Shown piece by piece: positions 38,736-48,101 of a stretch of 64,000 nt of DNA. The translations under genes were made by a program, and so were the position numbers. Source of the stretch: Deltaproteobacteria bacterium (GTDB taxonomy: Bacteria > Desulfobacterota > Syntrophia > Syntrophales > UBA2185). The first letter of the stretch is position 1, and each line of letters starts with the position of its first letter. The notes under the pieces are model-generated. The model was not told the origin of the DNA. It was given only the letters and a program-made list of their open reading frames with translations, and ran no database searches. Where the stretch lies: positions 2,507-66,506 of the forward strand of contig JAPLJS010000105.1 in NCBI GenBank assembly GCA_026388545.1, read 5' to 3'.

Positions 38736-39254
38736 ATGGCAAACAAGGCTACGTTAGTCTCTGGGATCATTGATAACATTCGTAGGGTTTTCAAAGCGGT
38801 TAACGAACAGTCGAAGAAAGCAGAACACGCAACCGGTATTACAGGGCCTCAACTGTGGGCAATCAAGGTTATCGGAGACTTGGCCCCCGTGAGGGTATCT
38901 GATCTTGCGAGCCGAATGTACCTTCATCCTGCTACCGTAGTCGGCATACTTGACCGTCTTGAATTGCGGGGACTTGTTAAGCGGGTGCGTTCGAAAGATG
39001 ACAGGAGGGTTGTAAAAGTTCAGTTGACGGATGACGGTAAAAAAATTTTAACGAAAGCACCGCAAGTTGCGCAGGGTTTGCTCGTTACCGGTCTGGAGGT
39101 ATTACCCATTAAGAAACTACATGAAATATCCACAGCCCTGGAAGAACTCGTCCATATCCTGGGAGCTCAGGAGTTGCCGCCTCAATTGATCCTCTCAACA
39201 GAGGTAAACCTGCCTAAGAGGAATAAGCGTCCTGAGGATAAGATACATGATTGA
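38736..39254 (+). CDS. MarR family transcriptional regulator
   Basis: Winged-helix segment ITGPQLWAIKVI...VSDLASRMYLHPATVVGILDRLELRGLVKRVRSKDDRRVVKVQLTDDG. The ATG at 38736 follows GGAG; the track start is 38730. Confidence 0.85.
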   Translation: MANKATLVSGIIDNIRRVFKAVNEQSKKAEHATGITGPQLWAIKVIGDLAPVRVSDLASRMYLHPATVVGILDRLELRGLVKRVRSKDDRRVVKVQLTDDGKKILTKAPQVAQGLLVTGLEVLPIKKLHEISTALEELVHILGAQELPPQLILSTEVNLPKRNKRPEDKIHD

Positions 39255-39416
39255 GAATGAATAAGGCCATTATCCCTAAAGCACATCATCTCACCTCGTA
39301 ACAACGTCAATAATGGCCTGCAAGGATGTGCAAGAGGGGTCGTCCAAAAAATCGGGTAACAGGGGAATAGGAACGAATGAATTTGACAAATTCTGTTCCG
39401 GAGAGGGGGGAACGTT

Positions 39417-39719
39417 ATGAAGATGGTTATTGGTATCATTAGAGAAACATGTCTTGGTGGGACTGTAAAAGAATTAGAAAAAATTAATGTTCGCGATATG
39501 ACAATATCCGAGGTCAAAGGGATCGGGGAACAGGTGACATTATCTAAGCCGTATGCTGTTCATATGATGATACAAATTATTGTACCCGATGACAAAGTTG
39601 ACGAGGTTAAGGATGTAATTCTGAAATGCGCCCGTTGCGGTATGGCTGGAGATGGGATTATTGTCGTGAGCCCGATAGATTACATGATAAAAATAAGGAC
39701 CAAGGAAAGGTTGGAATAA
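39417..39719 (+). CDS. P-II (GlnB-like) family protein with a shortened T-loop
   Basis: MKMVIGIIRE...MTISEVKGIGEQ...IIVPDDKVDEV...GDGIIVVSPIDYMIKIRTKE aligns with GlnB landmarks. The segment between GxG and the next beta strand is about 10 aa shorter than in GlnB. Confidence 0.75.
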   Translation: MKMVIGIIRETCLGGTVKELEKINVRDMTISEVKGIGEQVTLSKPYAVHMMIQIIVPDDKVDEVKDVILKCARCGMAGDGIIVVSPIDYMIKIRTKERLE

Positions 39720-40122
39720 TAACTGGTAGCTTATGCCTGCCATTATTCTCTCATTTAATACTTATTGCCTTTTGTTCATAAGAGTATAAGTAATTATAAT
39801 AAATTTGGAATAACAGGTTAAAATTCTCGCTCTTTATGATTATCAGCGAAAACACTAATTTGAATCCGGAAGCGAGCGCATTCCCCGTAGCTTGCTGCGG
39901 AGAGCTTCAATTATAGTCGAAAAAAACGGATTCCTGCTTATTTAAATGCTTCGACATAGGAAAGAGAGGAAAACATTATGGATTGGATTCGAGAAAACTG
40001 GATTTTCATGTTATTTCGACGTTTATAGTTTGTTATGCTTTTTTTATAAGGCACTAACAGCGTGCATGCATTTAAAGTAAACACTTAACAAACATCATAA
40101 GCTAACATAATAGGAGGAACTT

Positions 40123-41001
40123 ATGAAAAAGACCATTTTAGTTATTCTCTTGGTATTGGTTATGCTGCTAACTGTTAACCCGAGTATAGTACAGAGCCAA
40201 CCCGGCAGTTTCAGAGGCGGCTATGGTATGGGGCCGGGAATGATGGGCGGATGGGATTCTGTGGATATCCCTTCACAGCTGCCGGCACCCAAGAACACGG
40301 AATGGGTTCAGAAACTCAGAGATATTCTGACGCTGGAGAAACAATCGCTCACACAGTATCAGGCGGATCAGGAAAAATTCAACGCCTATATGCCTTACAT
40401 GATGGTCATCCCTCAGGAGGAGAATCACATTGAATGGATCGGGCAACTATTTAAAGCTTATGGTCTGCCTGCCGATGGCAAGGCAGCCCCGGTCGTGGAG
40501 AATAAGACATTGACTGAAGCTTACGAACTCAGTGTCAAGATGGAGACCGACTTGTTGCCCCGTTATGAATGGCTCGTAAAAAAGGCTGAGGATCGCGATA
40601 CGGCTCAGGTGTTGAATGCCATCCTCATTCAAAGCCGCTGGCATCTGGTAATGTTTGAGCACGCTTTGAGAATGGGTCATGGCTATGGATACAGCAGGGG
40701 ATCGGGCATGATGGGCGGATACGGTTACGGCATGGGACCTGGCATGATGGGCGGTTACGGCTATGGCATGGGTCGTGGCTATGGACGGCAATCCCAGTCA
40801 ACTGGCAAATCCATTGATGCAAAGGAAGCCGAGGTCATGATGAAAGACTATTTGAAGTCTTCAAGAAATCCCAACCTGAAGCTGGGCAAGATAAAAGACG
40901 TGGGAAGCGCCTTTGAGGCAGAGATATTGACGAAGAAGAACGCCCTTGTTGACAGGGTTCACATTGACAAGGCAACGGGCTATATAAAATCGGCTTATTA
41001 G
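40123..41001 (+). CDS. Secreted DUF2202 (ferritin-like) / PepSY-like protein with Gly/Met-rich repeats
   Basis: Signal peptide. GYGMGPGMMGG occurs at the N-terminus and as repeated GMMGGYGYGMGPGMMGGYGYGMGRGYG in the middle. A four-helix ferritin-like core (PQEENHIEWI..., SRWHLVMFEHAL) and a C-terminal PepSY-like segment. Confidence 0.75.
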   Translation: MKKTILVILLVLVMLLTVNPSIVQSQPGSFRGGYGMGPGMMGGWDSVDIPSQLPAPKNTEWVQKLRDILTLEKQSLTQYQADQEKFNAYMPYMMVIPQEENHIEWIGQLFKAYGLPADGKAAPVVENKTLTEAYELSVKMETDLLPRYEWLVKKAEDRDTAQVLNAILIQSRWHLVMFEHALRMGHGYGYSRGSGMMGGYGYGMGPGMMGGYGYGMGRGYGRQSQSTGKSIDAKEAEVMMKDYLKSSRNPNLKLGKIKDVGSAFEAEILTKKNALVDRVHIDKATGYIKSAY

Positions 41002-41127
41002 GAAGAGGGCAGATATCTGGGTTGTCTTTCAACCTTGTTTCACGGTGGCAATGTTATCCTGGAGGCAGAGCCGAATCGTTGCCTCCGGGTAAAAGAGAAG
41101 GGAAACATTTACGGAAGGAGGATATGT

Positions 41128-41517
41128 ATGATCAATTACGGCTTCACCAAGGAGTTGGATATTCCTTATGAGACAGTCATTGAGCAGGTGAGAGATGCGT
41201 TGAAAAAAGAAGGATTCGGGATACTGACAGAAATCGATGTCAAGGAAAAAATGAAGGAAAAGCTGGGCCTTGATATGCGAAAATATATCATTCTGGGTGC
41301 CTGCAATCCTCCGAATGCATACAAAGCGATCCTTGTCGAGGAAAACATCGGACTCATGCTTCCCTGCAATGTGATTGTGTATGAAAAAAATAGCAAAACA
41401 GTGCTTTCCATTATAAGGCCGATGGTTGCCATGCAGATGATTGATAATGCGGAACTTCGAGAAATATCAGAGGTAGTTGAGGAGAAGTTGAAGAAAGTCT
41501 TCGATTCAGTAAAGTAG
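41128..41517 (+). CDS. DUF302 domain-containing protein
   Basis: MINYGFTKELDIPYETVIEQVRDALKKEGFGILTEIDV...ILGACNP...LPCNVIVYE. The start at 41128 follows AGGAGG; the track ORF starts at 41035. Confidence 0.85.
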   Translation: MINYGFTKELDIPYETVIEQVRDALKKEGFGILTEIDVKEKMKEKLGLDMRKYIILGACNPPNAYKAILVEENIGLMLPCNVIVYEKNSKTVLSIIRPMVAMQMIDNAELREISEVVEEKLKKVFDSVK

Positions 41518-41529
41518 GAGGGTGAAAAG

Positions 41530-41850
41530 ATGGGAAAGAAACTTGTAATATTTTCCATGATAATCATTGGCTTGTTAGTGTCATGTGGAGGAGATGGTTA
41601 CTACGGTGGGCAGGGACCCTGGGGATGGGGACCGATGATGCATTATGGATACGGTGGAGGTATGTTTATGTGGATAATATTTTTAATCATCGCTGGATTG
41701 TTGATCTATTTCATTATTCAGGCCACGAAAACAAAAGGCCAGATGCCAACGCAGAGTGAAAGTGCTCTGGATCTCTTAAAGAAGCGCTATGCGAAAGGCG
41801 AAATCAGCAAGGACGATTTTGACAGGATGAAAAAGGACCTGGAAAGTTAA
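41530..41850 (+). CDS. SHOCT domain-containing membrane lipoprotein
   Basis: Lipobox LLVSCGG, a Gly/Tyr/Met-rich stretch, a TM helix, and the C-terminal LKKRYAKGEISKDDFDRMKKDL SHOCT motif. Confidence 0.8.
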   Translation: MGKKLVIFSMIIIGLLVSCGGDGYYGGQGPWGWGPMMHYGYGGGMFMWIIFLIIAGLLIYFIIQATKTKGQMPTQSESALDLLKKRYAKGEISKDDFDRMKKDLES

Positions 41851-41899
41851 TAAATATTCATTTTCTGTGACGATTTTATTTGCATTTCTTTTTAATATG

Positions 41900-41955
41900 T
41901 ATACAAAATATTTGTACAGAAATTAGTTGACAAACGAATGGATCATGTCTATTAT
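41900..41955 (+). promoter_or_regulatory. Candidate MarR operator (site 2) plus a sigma-70 promoter
   Basis: TATACAAAATATTTGTACA (41900-41918), then TTGACA (41927-41932), a 17-nt spacer, then TATTAT (41950-41955). Confidence 0.4.
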
Positions 41956-42141
41956 AAATATAAAGAGGAAATGCTAAATCTTTTTGTAGAGATTTAAGCA
42001 AAAGTTATGAGTATCCAGTCAGTTAAAGGTTGCAGCGGCCCATATATGGGCGGGGAAAAAGTAACGAAGTGATAAAACAGAATATCCCGGAAGAGTTTTA
42101 CGGCAGACGGGAGAATTCTAACCAGGGAAAGGAGGAGAGAC

Positions 42142-42594
42142 ATGTTACCTTTAAAAAAAATTCTTTACCCGACAGATTTTAGTAAACCATCGTATGAAGC
42201 GCTCAAAGTAGCATGTGAGTATGCAAAACAGTTTTCCGCTGAGTTGTATATAATTCATGTAGTTCCAGTAGTCCCCGCAGTAACAGCATTTACACCATCA
42301 TCAAGGTCGTTTAATGTTCCGCTGTACCAGGAGAATCTCGAGTCAAATACCAAAGAAAAACTTCTCAAAGTAGTTGAGGAAAATGTGCCAAAGGAAATAC
42401 AAACGCAGGTAATTGTTGTATCCGGAAACGCTGGAGATGAAATCGTTCGATTCACTAAGGAGGGAAAAGTAGATCTTATTGTAATATCATCACATGGTGA
42501 AAGTGGAGGGCACCACTACATTTTCGGCTGTGTTGCAGAGAAAGTTGTACGACATGCCACATGTCCTGTACTCACTATCCCAGTGTTACGTTGA
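42142..42594 (+). CDS. Universal stress protein (UspA family)
   Basis: 150 aa: KILYPTDFS...A..YA......L.I.HV...GDEIV......DLIVISSHG..G......GCVAEKVVRHATCPVLTI. Confidence 0.9.
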   Translation: MLPLKKILYPTDFSKPSYEALKVACEYAKQFSAELYIIHVVPVVPAVTAFTPSSRSFNVPLYQENLESNTKEKLLKVVEENVPKEIQTQVIVVSGNAGDEIVRFTKEGKVDLIVISSHGESGGHHYIFGCVAEKVVRHATCPVLTIPVLR

Positions 42595-42735
42595 AGTGAG
42601 GTGAATTAGTGTCCTGTCCCGCAAATAACCTGAAAGTACCGCAGATGTAGGAACCCATACCTTTTCTTCTGGTTCCGTATTTATGGGAATTGCAGAGGAA
42701 CTATAGTGTGAAAAAAAGCTATGCGGGATAGGGCA

Positions 42736-44100
42736 CTATAATACGTAATACCTCAGCCAAACATAAATCATGCTGATAATAACTGTTTGGATCATAAACG
42801 GCATTCCGTAGAGCATGAACTTTCTAAACGATATGGGATGCCCCATCTTCTCCGCCATGCCGACGACGATGACATTGGCAGAAGCACCGATGGCCGTCCC
42901 GTTTCCGCCGAGACACGCCCCAAGAGCCAATGACCACCACATGGGCATCAGGTCCGGATGGTGCAAAAGCTCAACACCGGAGAGATTTGGCCACATCTGC
43001 TTCGCCATGTCGATGATGAGCGGGTTCATCGTGGCGACATAAGGGATATTATCGATAAACGCCGATGCAAAGGCAGAAAACCACAAGACAATCATGCTCG
43101 TGCCCAAAAGATTCCCATGGGTAAGCTCCAACACCTTGATCGACATCCACTTGATGAGACCCACTTTTACGACAGCACCAATGATAATAAAGAGACCTAT
43201 AAAGAAGAAGAGGGTCGCCCATTCCGCTTCCGCCAGGACGTGGTATGGTTCCTTGATTCCCGAAACCAGGAGAAGAAGTCCCGCGCCGAACAGCGCAATG
43301 GTAGCAGGCTGCAGATGGAGCATGCCATGGAGGACGAAACCCGTCATCGTTACAGCAAGAACGGCAAGAGACTTCTTCAGGAGTATGGGGTCTTTGATTG
43401 CCACCCTCTCGTCCATGGTCATGACACGCTGCCGCAAGTCTTCTCTTACTGTCAGCCTTTTCCCGAATATCAGCTTCAGGGTAATGATATATATGATCAT
43501 GGTAATGATAATGACCGGCGTCAGATGGTAAATGAATGCCATAAAATCCAGCTGGGCCTTCGAGGCGATCATGATGTTTGGCGGGTCTCCGATGAGGGTT
43601 GCCGTCCCACCGATGTTTGATGCGAGAACCTCTGTGATGAGGAAGGGTACGACGTCAAGCTCAAGGGCTTGGCAGATAAGCAGTGTTACGGGAGCAATGA
43701 GAAGCACCGTCGTGATATTGTCCAGAAGCGCCGAGAGAACAGCTGTCACAATAGAAAATATCGCCATGATCATAAAGGGCTTTCCCTGCGCCGCCTTGGC
43801 GCTCCTGATGGCGATGTACTCGAACACACCCGTCGGTTTCATGATGTTGATAATGATCATCATGCTCACCAGGAGGAAGATCACATTCCACTCAACTCCC
43901 AGTTCTATGGAATGAAAGGCATCCTCCTGGGTTACAATCCCAAGGACGATCATCAGAGCCGCACCGAAGATGGCAATGATAGTTTTATGGATCTTCTCCG
44001 ATACAATAAGGGCATAGGAGAGAAGGAAAATCGCTGTCGCAATCCAGAATGCCGGTCCCATTACAATCTGATGTGAAACTGCTGCAACTTCCTGGAGCAT
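42736..44100 (-). CDS. ArsB/NhaD-superfamily anion/ion transporter
   Basis: 454 aa polytopic protein with internal-repeat architecture and DNITTVLL / DNIPYVATM motifs. Confidence 0.85.
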   Translation of the reverse strand: MLQEVAAVSHQIVMGPAFWIATAIFLLSYALIVSEKIHKTIIAIFGAALMIVLGIVTQEDAFHSIELGVEWNVIFLLVSMMIIINIMKPTGVFEYIAIRSAKAAQGKPFMIMAIFSIVTAVLSALLDNITTVLLIAPVTLLICQALELDVVPFLITEVLASNIGGTATLIGDPPNIMIASKAQLDFMAFIYHLTPVIIITMIIYIITLKLIFGKRLTVREDLRQRVMTMDERVAIKDPILLKKSLAVLAVTMTGFVLHGMLHLQPATIALFGAGLLLLVSGIKEPYHVLAEAEWATLFFFIGLFIIIGAVVKVGLIKWMSIKVLELTHGNLLGTSMIVLWFSAFASAFIDNIPYVATMNPLIIDMAKQMWPNLSGVELLHHPDLMPMWWSLALGACLGGNGTAIGASANVIVVGMAEKMGHPISFRKFMLYGMPFMIQTVIISMIYVWLRYYVL

Positions 44101-44102
44101 TC

Positions 44103-44585
44103 TTACCTCTTACAACTATCGTCAAGCATTGATTGCGTGACAGCATAAAAAATGTCCCGAAGGTACATCATACCGACCACTTTTCCCCCTTTATCCAGAA
44201 CGGGCATTCTCCGGACATGCCCCTTCAGCATGTGGTCCACGCACTCCATGAGAGGATCATCTTCCCGGACTGTTATTACCTTTCTGGTCATGAAATCCCC
44301 TACCGTTTTATCTCCCGCCTGGCACGCAAGGGACTCCAACATCCCGTCCCAAGTGAAGTCACCCAGGTTCATCATTGACATGTACGAAGGGTAGACCGCC
44401 TTCAGAATGTCCGTCATCGAAAGTATCCCTATGAGTTTTCCACTGTCGTCTAGGACAGGCAACCCCATAACGCCTGATTTTTCCTCCCCCCGGATGGCAG
44501 TCCTAAGAAGATTGACAGCTTCCTTGAGATTGTTATCAGGCCTGAGGTAATCTTGAACGGGCACCATTAAATCTTTTGCTTTCAT
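44103..44585 (-). CDS. CBS domain pair protein
   Basis: I prefer the start at 44585 (GGAGG then MKAKDLMVP...). Two CBS units. The stop is 2 nt before the transporter start, suggesting an operon. Confidence 0.8.
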   Translation of the reverse strand: MKAKDLMVPVQDYLRPDNNLKEAVNLLRTAIRGEEKSGVMGLPVLDDSGKLIGILSMTDILKAVYPSYMSMMNLGDFTWDGMLESLACQAGDKTVGDFMTRKVITVREDDPLMECVDHMLKGHVRRMPVLDKGGKVVGMMYLRDIFYAVTQSMLDDSCKR

Positions 44586-44684
44586 AGAGCCTCCATGCAA
44601 TAAATCATGATATTCAAAACCTTTGTCTTTACTTACTTGATATTCAAAACAAGGCAAGGGTGTTAAAGCTAAAAAATTATCAAT

Positions 44685-44722
44685 AAAAAAGCCGCCAACT
44701 GATTTTAAATCTAATGGCGGCC
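44685..44722 (-). terminator. Intrinsic terminator after pth
   Basis: On the - strand: GCCGCCA, an 18-nt loop, TGGCGGC, then TTTTTT. Confidence 0.6.
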
Positions 44723-44833
44723 CGACCAATTTCCTTTTTCCTCCAGAGAATGTTCTCTGAACCCTCAATCAAGGTTCGATTTTTCAAATATGATAAATAA
44801 TCTCCACTTATCGGCTTATCCTGTCAATGAAAA

Positions 44834-45436
44834 TTAACAAGAAAGCGTATCATCTCCTCCGTTTCGTAAATTAGTGGATCTGTCATTGTACTGATTCATG
44901 GCTGCCTGAATCCCTGACAAAATGGTCATCGTCACTGCATCACTTGCCCTTGTAGTAATTTGGGGCAGCAGTTTCATCTCATCATCATTGAAGGGCTGAA
45001 GGACATACCCCTCAACCATTGTCTTCCTAAGTGGTTTACCTATGCCAAGTCTGACCCTGATAAATTCCAAATCACCGAGGTAATCGATAATGGATAGTAA
45101 CCCTTTGTGACCGGCATGACCACCGCCTGACTTTAGTCGGATCGTTTCAAACGGCAGATCAATGTCATCATGAATGACGATTATATCTGCATGGTCAATT
45201 TTAAAGTAGTCTACGAACTTTTTTGCTGCGAAGCCGCTGATGTTCATGAAGGTCTGCGGCTTTGCAAGCAAGACCGGAATGTCACCGATCTTACCTTTTC
45301 CAAAACAGGCATCAAAACCTTTCAAACTCACGGCAATATTGTGGCTGGAAGCGATTGTATCAAGGGCCAAGAATCCTATATTGTGTCTGCTGAATTGGTA
45401 CTTTATGCCTGGATTTCCAAGCCCGATTATAAGCTT
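44834..45436 (-). CDS. pth: Peptidyl-tRNA hydrolase
   Basis: KLIIGLGNPG...RHNIGF...HDD.D. The likely TTG start at 45436 follows AGAGG; the track ORF extends to 45463. Confidence 0.9.
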   Translation of the reverse strand, partial: KLIIGLGNPGIKYQFSRHNIGFLALDTIASSHNIAVSLKGFDACFGKGKIGDIPVLLAKPQTFMNISGFAAKKFVDYFKIDHADIIVIHDDIDLPFETIRLKSGGGHAGHKGLLSIIDYLGDLEFIRVRLGIGKPLRKTMVEGYVLQPFNDDEMKLLPQITTRASDAVTMTILSGIQAAMNQYNDRSTNLRNGGDDTLSC

Positions 45437-45514
45437 CAAACAGTAACCTCTAAGAAGGTTCAAAGTTCAAAGTTAGAGCTTCCCAACGTCGAACATTGAA
45501 AGGTGAACGCCTTA

Positions 45515-46138
45515 TCAGCTTTGCTCCTGCGGCTCTGCTGCTGGTTCCTGCTCCTCTCCCTGTTCTGCTTTAACGGCCGTTTTTGGCGCCGAAACTGATG
45601 CTAAAATTGTATCTTCAGTATCAAGGACAGTAATCCCGTCAGGTAATTTTATGTCTTGCACCTTTATTGAATCACCGATTTGAAGACCGCTCACATCAAC
45701 CTCAATAAATTCGGGCAGTACGGCAAAGAGGCATGATACCTTTATATCTCTTTTAACATAATGCAGATCGCCTCCGGTTTCGACACCCATGGCCTCACCC
45801 GTAAAATGAATGGGTATGTCGAGGGTCATGGTTTGTTCCATGTCGATTTCATAAAAATCAACATGAAGGAATTTCCTGCTGACAGGCTCTATCTGCAATT
45901 CCTTAATAAGGGTAAATTTTTGAATTATTTTACCATTTTCAACAATCAGGTTTATAAATACATTTTCTTCTTTGCCCTTCAATAGCTTTTTCAAGTCAGA
46001 AGAGTTTACCGCCAATAGAACCGACTCGGTTTTCGGTCCATAAAATATTGCCGGTACCATACCGTCTTTCCTCAATCTTCGGGCAACCCCTTTACCGGTA
46101 TCCTTACGGAGACGGGCTTTCAATTCACTTATTTCCAT
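45515..46138 (-). CDS. rplY: 50S ribosomal protein L25 / general stress protein Ctc
   Basis: 207 aa: R...GKG.ARRLR..G.VPAI.YG, a beta-barrel core and an acidic C-terminal tail. Confidence 0.9.
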   Translation of the reverse strand: MEISELKARLRKDTGKGVARRLRKDGMVPAIFYGPKTESVLLAVNSSDLKKLLKGKEENVFINLIVENGKIIQKFTLIKELQIEPVSRKFLHVDFYEIDMEQTMTLDIPIHFTGEAMGVETGGDLHYVKRDIKVSCLFAVLPEFIEVDVSGLQIGDSIKVQDIKLPDGITVLDTEDTILASVSAPKTAVKAEQGEEQEPAAEPQEQS

Positions 46139-46147
46139 CTAGTCCTC

Positions 46148-47089
46148 CTATATAAATAGCGAATGTACAGAATCATTGTAATAAATGCGTCGAACGGCTT
46201 CACTTATAAGTCCCGCGACAGACAGAACTTTGATGCGGGTGCAAGCTGCCGCTTTCTCGTGCAAGGGGATAGTGTCTGTTACAATAATCTCCTTAAGCCT
46301 TGAGTTCTCAATCCTCTCTATGGCAGGTCCTGAAAGTACGGGGTGGGTACAACAGACGGAAACCTCTACGGCCCCTGCTTCCTCGAGGGCTTCGGCTGCC
46401 TGCGTTATCGTTCCTGCAGTATCAATCATATCGTCAAGTAAGATGACCTTTGCTCCTTTTACGTCCCCTATAATATTCATGATAGTTGACTCATTCGGAC
46501 CTTCTCTTCTTTTATCGGTAATGGCAATGTTAACCCCTAATCTCTTGCCGAAAGCCCGTGCCCTTTCGACACCGCCTGTATCGGGAGAAACAATGACAAT
46601 ATTGCCCTGATAATATTTCTTGATGTATTCTATAAGAACCGGGGTGGCGAAAAGGTTATCGACGGGAATATTGAAGAATCCCTGGATCTGGCCGGCATGA
46701 AGATCGATCGCGAGGACACGGTTGGCACCTGCCGATGTGATAAGGTCCGCGACTAGCTTTGCCGAAATCGGCGCCCTCGGTGCTACCTTTCTATCCTGCC
46801 GTGCATAGCCATAATAAGGAATTACAGCCGTTATCCGGTCTGCCGACGCCCTCTTCATGGCATCGATCATTATCAGCAGTTCCATACAGGTGTTATTTAC
46901 CGGCGGACATGTTGATTGAATAATGAAGACGTCCATTCCTCGCACATTCTCATTAATTTCCACTCTCGTCTCACCGTCACTGAATGTAGTTACACTTGCC
47001 TTCCCAACAGGTACCCCCAGTTTTTCACAGATATTACGCGCAAGAGGTCTGTTCGCGTTACCGGAAAATACTCTCATTCTATCAAGCAT
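46148..47089 (-). CDS. prs: Ribose-phosphate pyrophosphokinase
   Basis: [12 protein letters not shown]...L......FSDGE...YARQDRK...DLHA.QIQGFF..PVD...VSPD.GGV.RA...DDMIDTAGT. Confidence 0.95.
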   Translation of the reverse strand: MLDRMRVFSGNANRPLARNICEKLGVPVGKASVTTFSDGETRVEINENVRGMDVFIIQSTCPPVNNTCMELLIMIDAMKRASADRITAVIPYYGYARQDRKVAPRAPISAKLVADLITSAGANRVLAIDLHAGQIQGFFNIPVDNLFATPVLIEYIKKYYQGNIVIVSPDTGGVERARAFGKRLGVNIAITDKRREGPNESTIMNIIGDVKGAKVILLDDMIDTAGTITQAAEALEEAGAVEVSVCCTHPVLSGPAIERIENSRLKEIIVTDTIPLHEKAAACTRIKVLSVAGLISEAVRRIYYNDSVHSLFI

Positions 47090-47117
47090 ATGAATTCCTT
47101 ATATAAAGCAATATATT

Positions 47118-47192
47118 TGGCTGGGGCGGGAGGATTCGAACCTCCGTATGCAAGAACCAAAGTCTTGTGTCTTACCGCTTGACGACGCCCCA
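47118..47192 (-). tRNA. tRNA-Gln (anticodon UUG), CCA-encoded
   Basis: The reverse complement TGGGGCG-TC-GTC-AAGCGGTAA-GAC-A-CAAGA-CTTTGGT-TCTTG-CATAC-GGAGG-TTCGAAT-CCTCC-CGCCCCA-G-CCA folds by hand into a cloverleaf. It closely resembles E. coli tRNA-Gln. Confidence 0.9.
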
Positions 47193-47258
47193 TTATTTAT
47201 TAATATGGATTAAAAGAGCGTAAGGGTAACAGAGAAGATAGGCATGGTAAACTATTTA

Positions 47259-48101
47259 TCATAGGGAACATGCCCTGTATACAGACCATTCCTTCTCTCC
47301 GATTTTTTCTAAAGCCTCTGCCGCTTTTACTGCTTCTTTTTCCTTCGCGAATAATCCTGCAACAGTTGGCCCGCTGCCGGACATTATCGCACCAAGAGCG
47401 CCGTTCTGTAATAAAAGATTCTTTAAATGCTGCAGAATAGGATGAAGAACCAGCGTGACCTTTTCCAGATCATTACGGAGTCCATTTATTAGGTCATCAA
47501 CCGAATAAATCTTGGGACATGTATACTTTACCGCTTGTTTTGTCAATCTTAAATTGAGATTATCATAAACCATTTTTGTAGATATTTCAAAGCCGGGATT
47601 AATCAGGACAAACCATAATGGAGGAATGTTCTCAGCAGCCTGAAGTCGATCACCGGTGCCGAATGCCCATGCCGTCTTCCTGAAAATAAAAAAAGGAACA
47701 TCTGCTCCGAGTTTTGTTCCTATTTTCATGAGATCCTCAGTTGTATAATGAAATCCCAACATGTCGTTTATGGTTAAGAGAGCGGTGGCGGCATTAGAAC
47801 TCCCCCCTCCAAGTCCTGCCGCTACAGGAATCCTTTTTTTGATAGTAATATGGATACCGGGAGAGTATGACAATCGGGAAAGAAGAGCATCTGCTGCTCT
47901 GTAAACGATGTTGTTTTCATTTTCCGGCAGTGTGCTTCCCGGGCAGCTCACCGTGATGCCATGGCCAACGGGGGAAAATATCATTTCATCATAAAGACTT
48001 ATCCCCTGCATGAGTGTTACGATATCATGATATCCGTCTTCCCGCTTTCTCAGGACGCGAAGGTAGAGATTAACCTTCGCAGGTGATACTTTCTTGATCA
48101 T
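47259..48101 (-). CDS. ispE: 4-(cytidine 5'-diphospho)-2-C-methyl-D-erythritol kinase
   Basis: PAKVNLYL.V..KR.DGYH.....M......D; the GHMP kinase motif PVAAGLGGGSSNAA. Confidence 0.9.
   Translation of the reverse strand: MIKKVSPAKVNLYLRVLRKREDGYHDIVTLMQGISLYDEMIFSPVGHGITVSCPGSTLPENENNIVYRAADALLSRLSYSPGIHITIKKRIPVAAGLGGGSSNAATALLTINDMLGFHYTTEDLMKIGTKLGADVPFFIFRKTAWAFGTGDRLQAAENIPPLWFVLINPGFEISTKMVYDNLNLRLTKQAVKYTCPKIYSVDDLINGLRNDLEKVTLVLHPILQHLKNLLLQNGALGAIMSGSGPTVAGLFAKEKEAVKAAEALEKIGEKEWSVYRACSL

Noticed and set aside
42815-44076. Several 75-220-aa + strand ORFs opposite the ArsB/NhaD transporter
   Set aside because: They are shadow ORFs in a GC-richer membrane-protein gene. The translations are Arg/His-rich nonsense.
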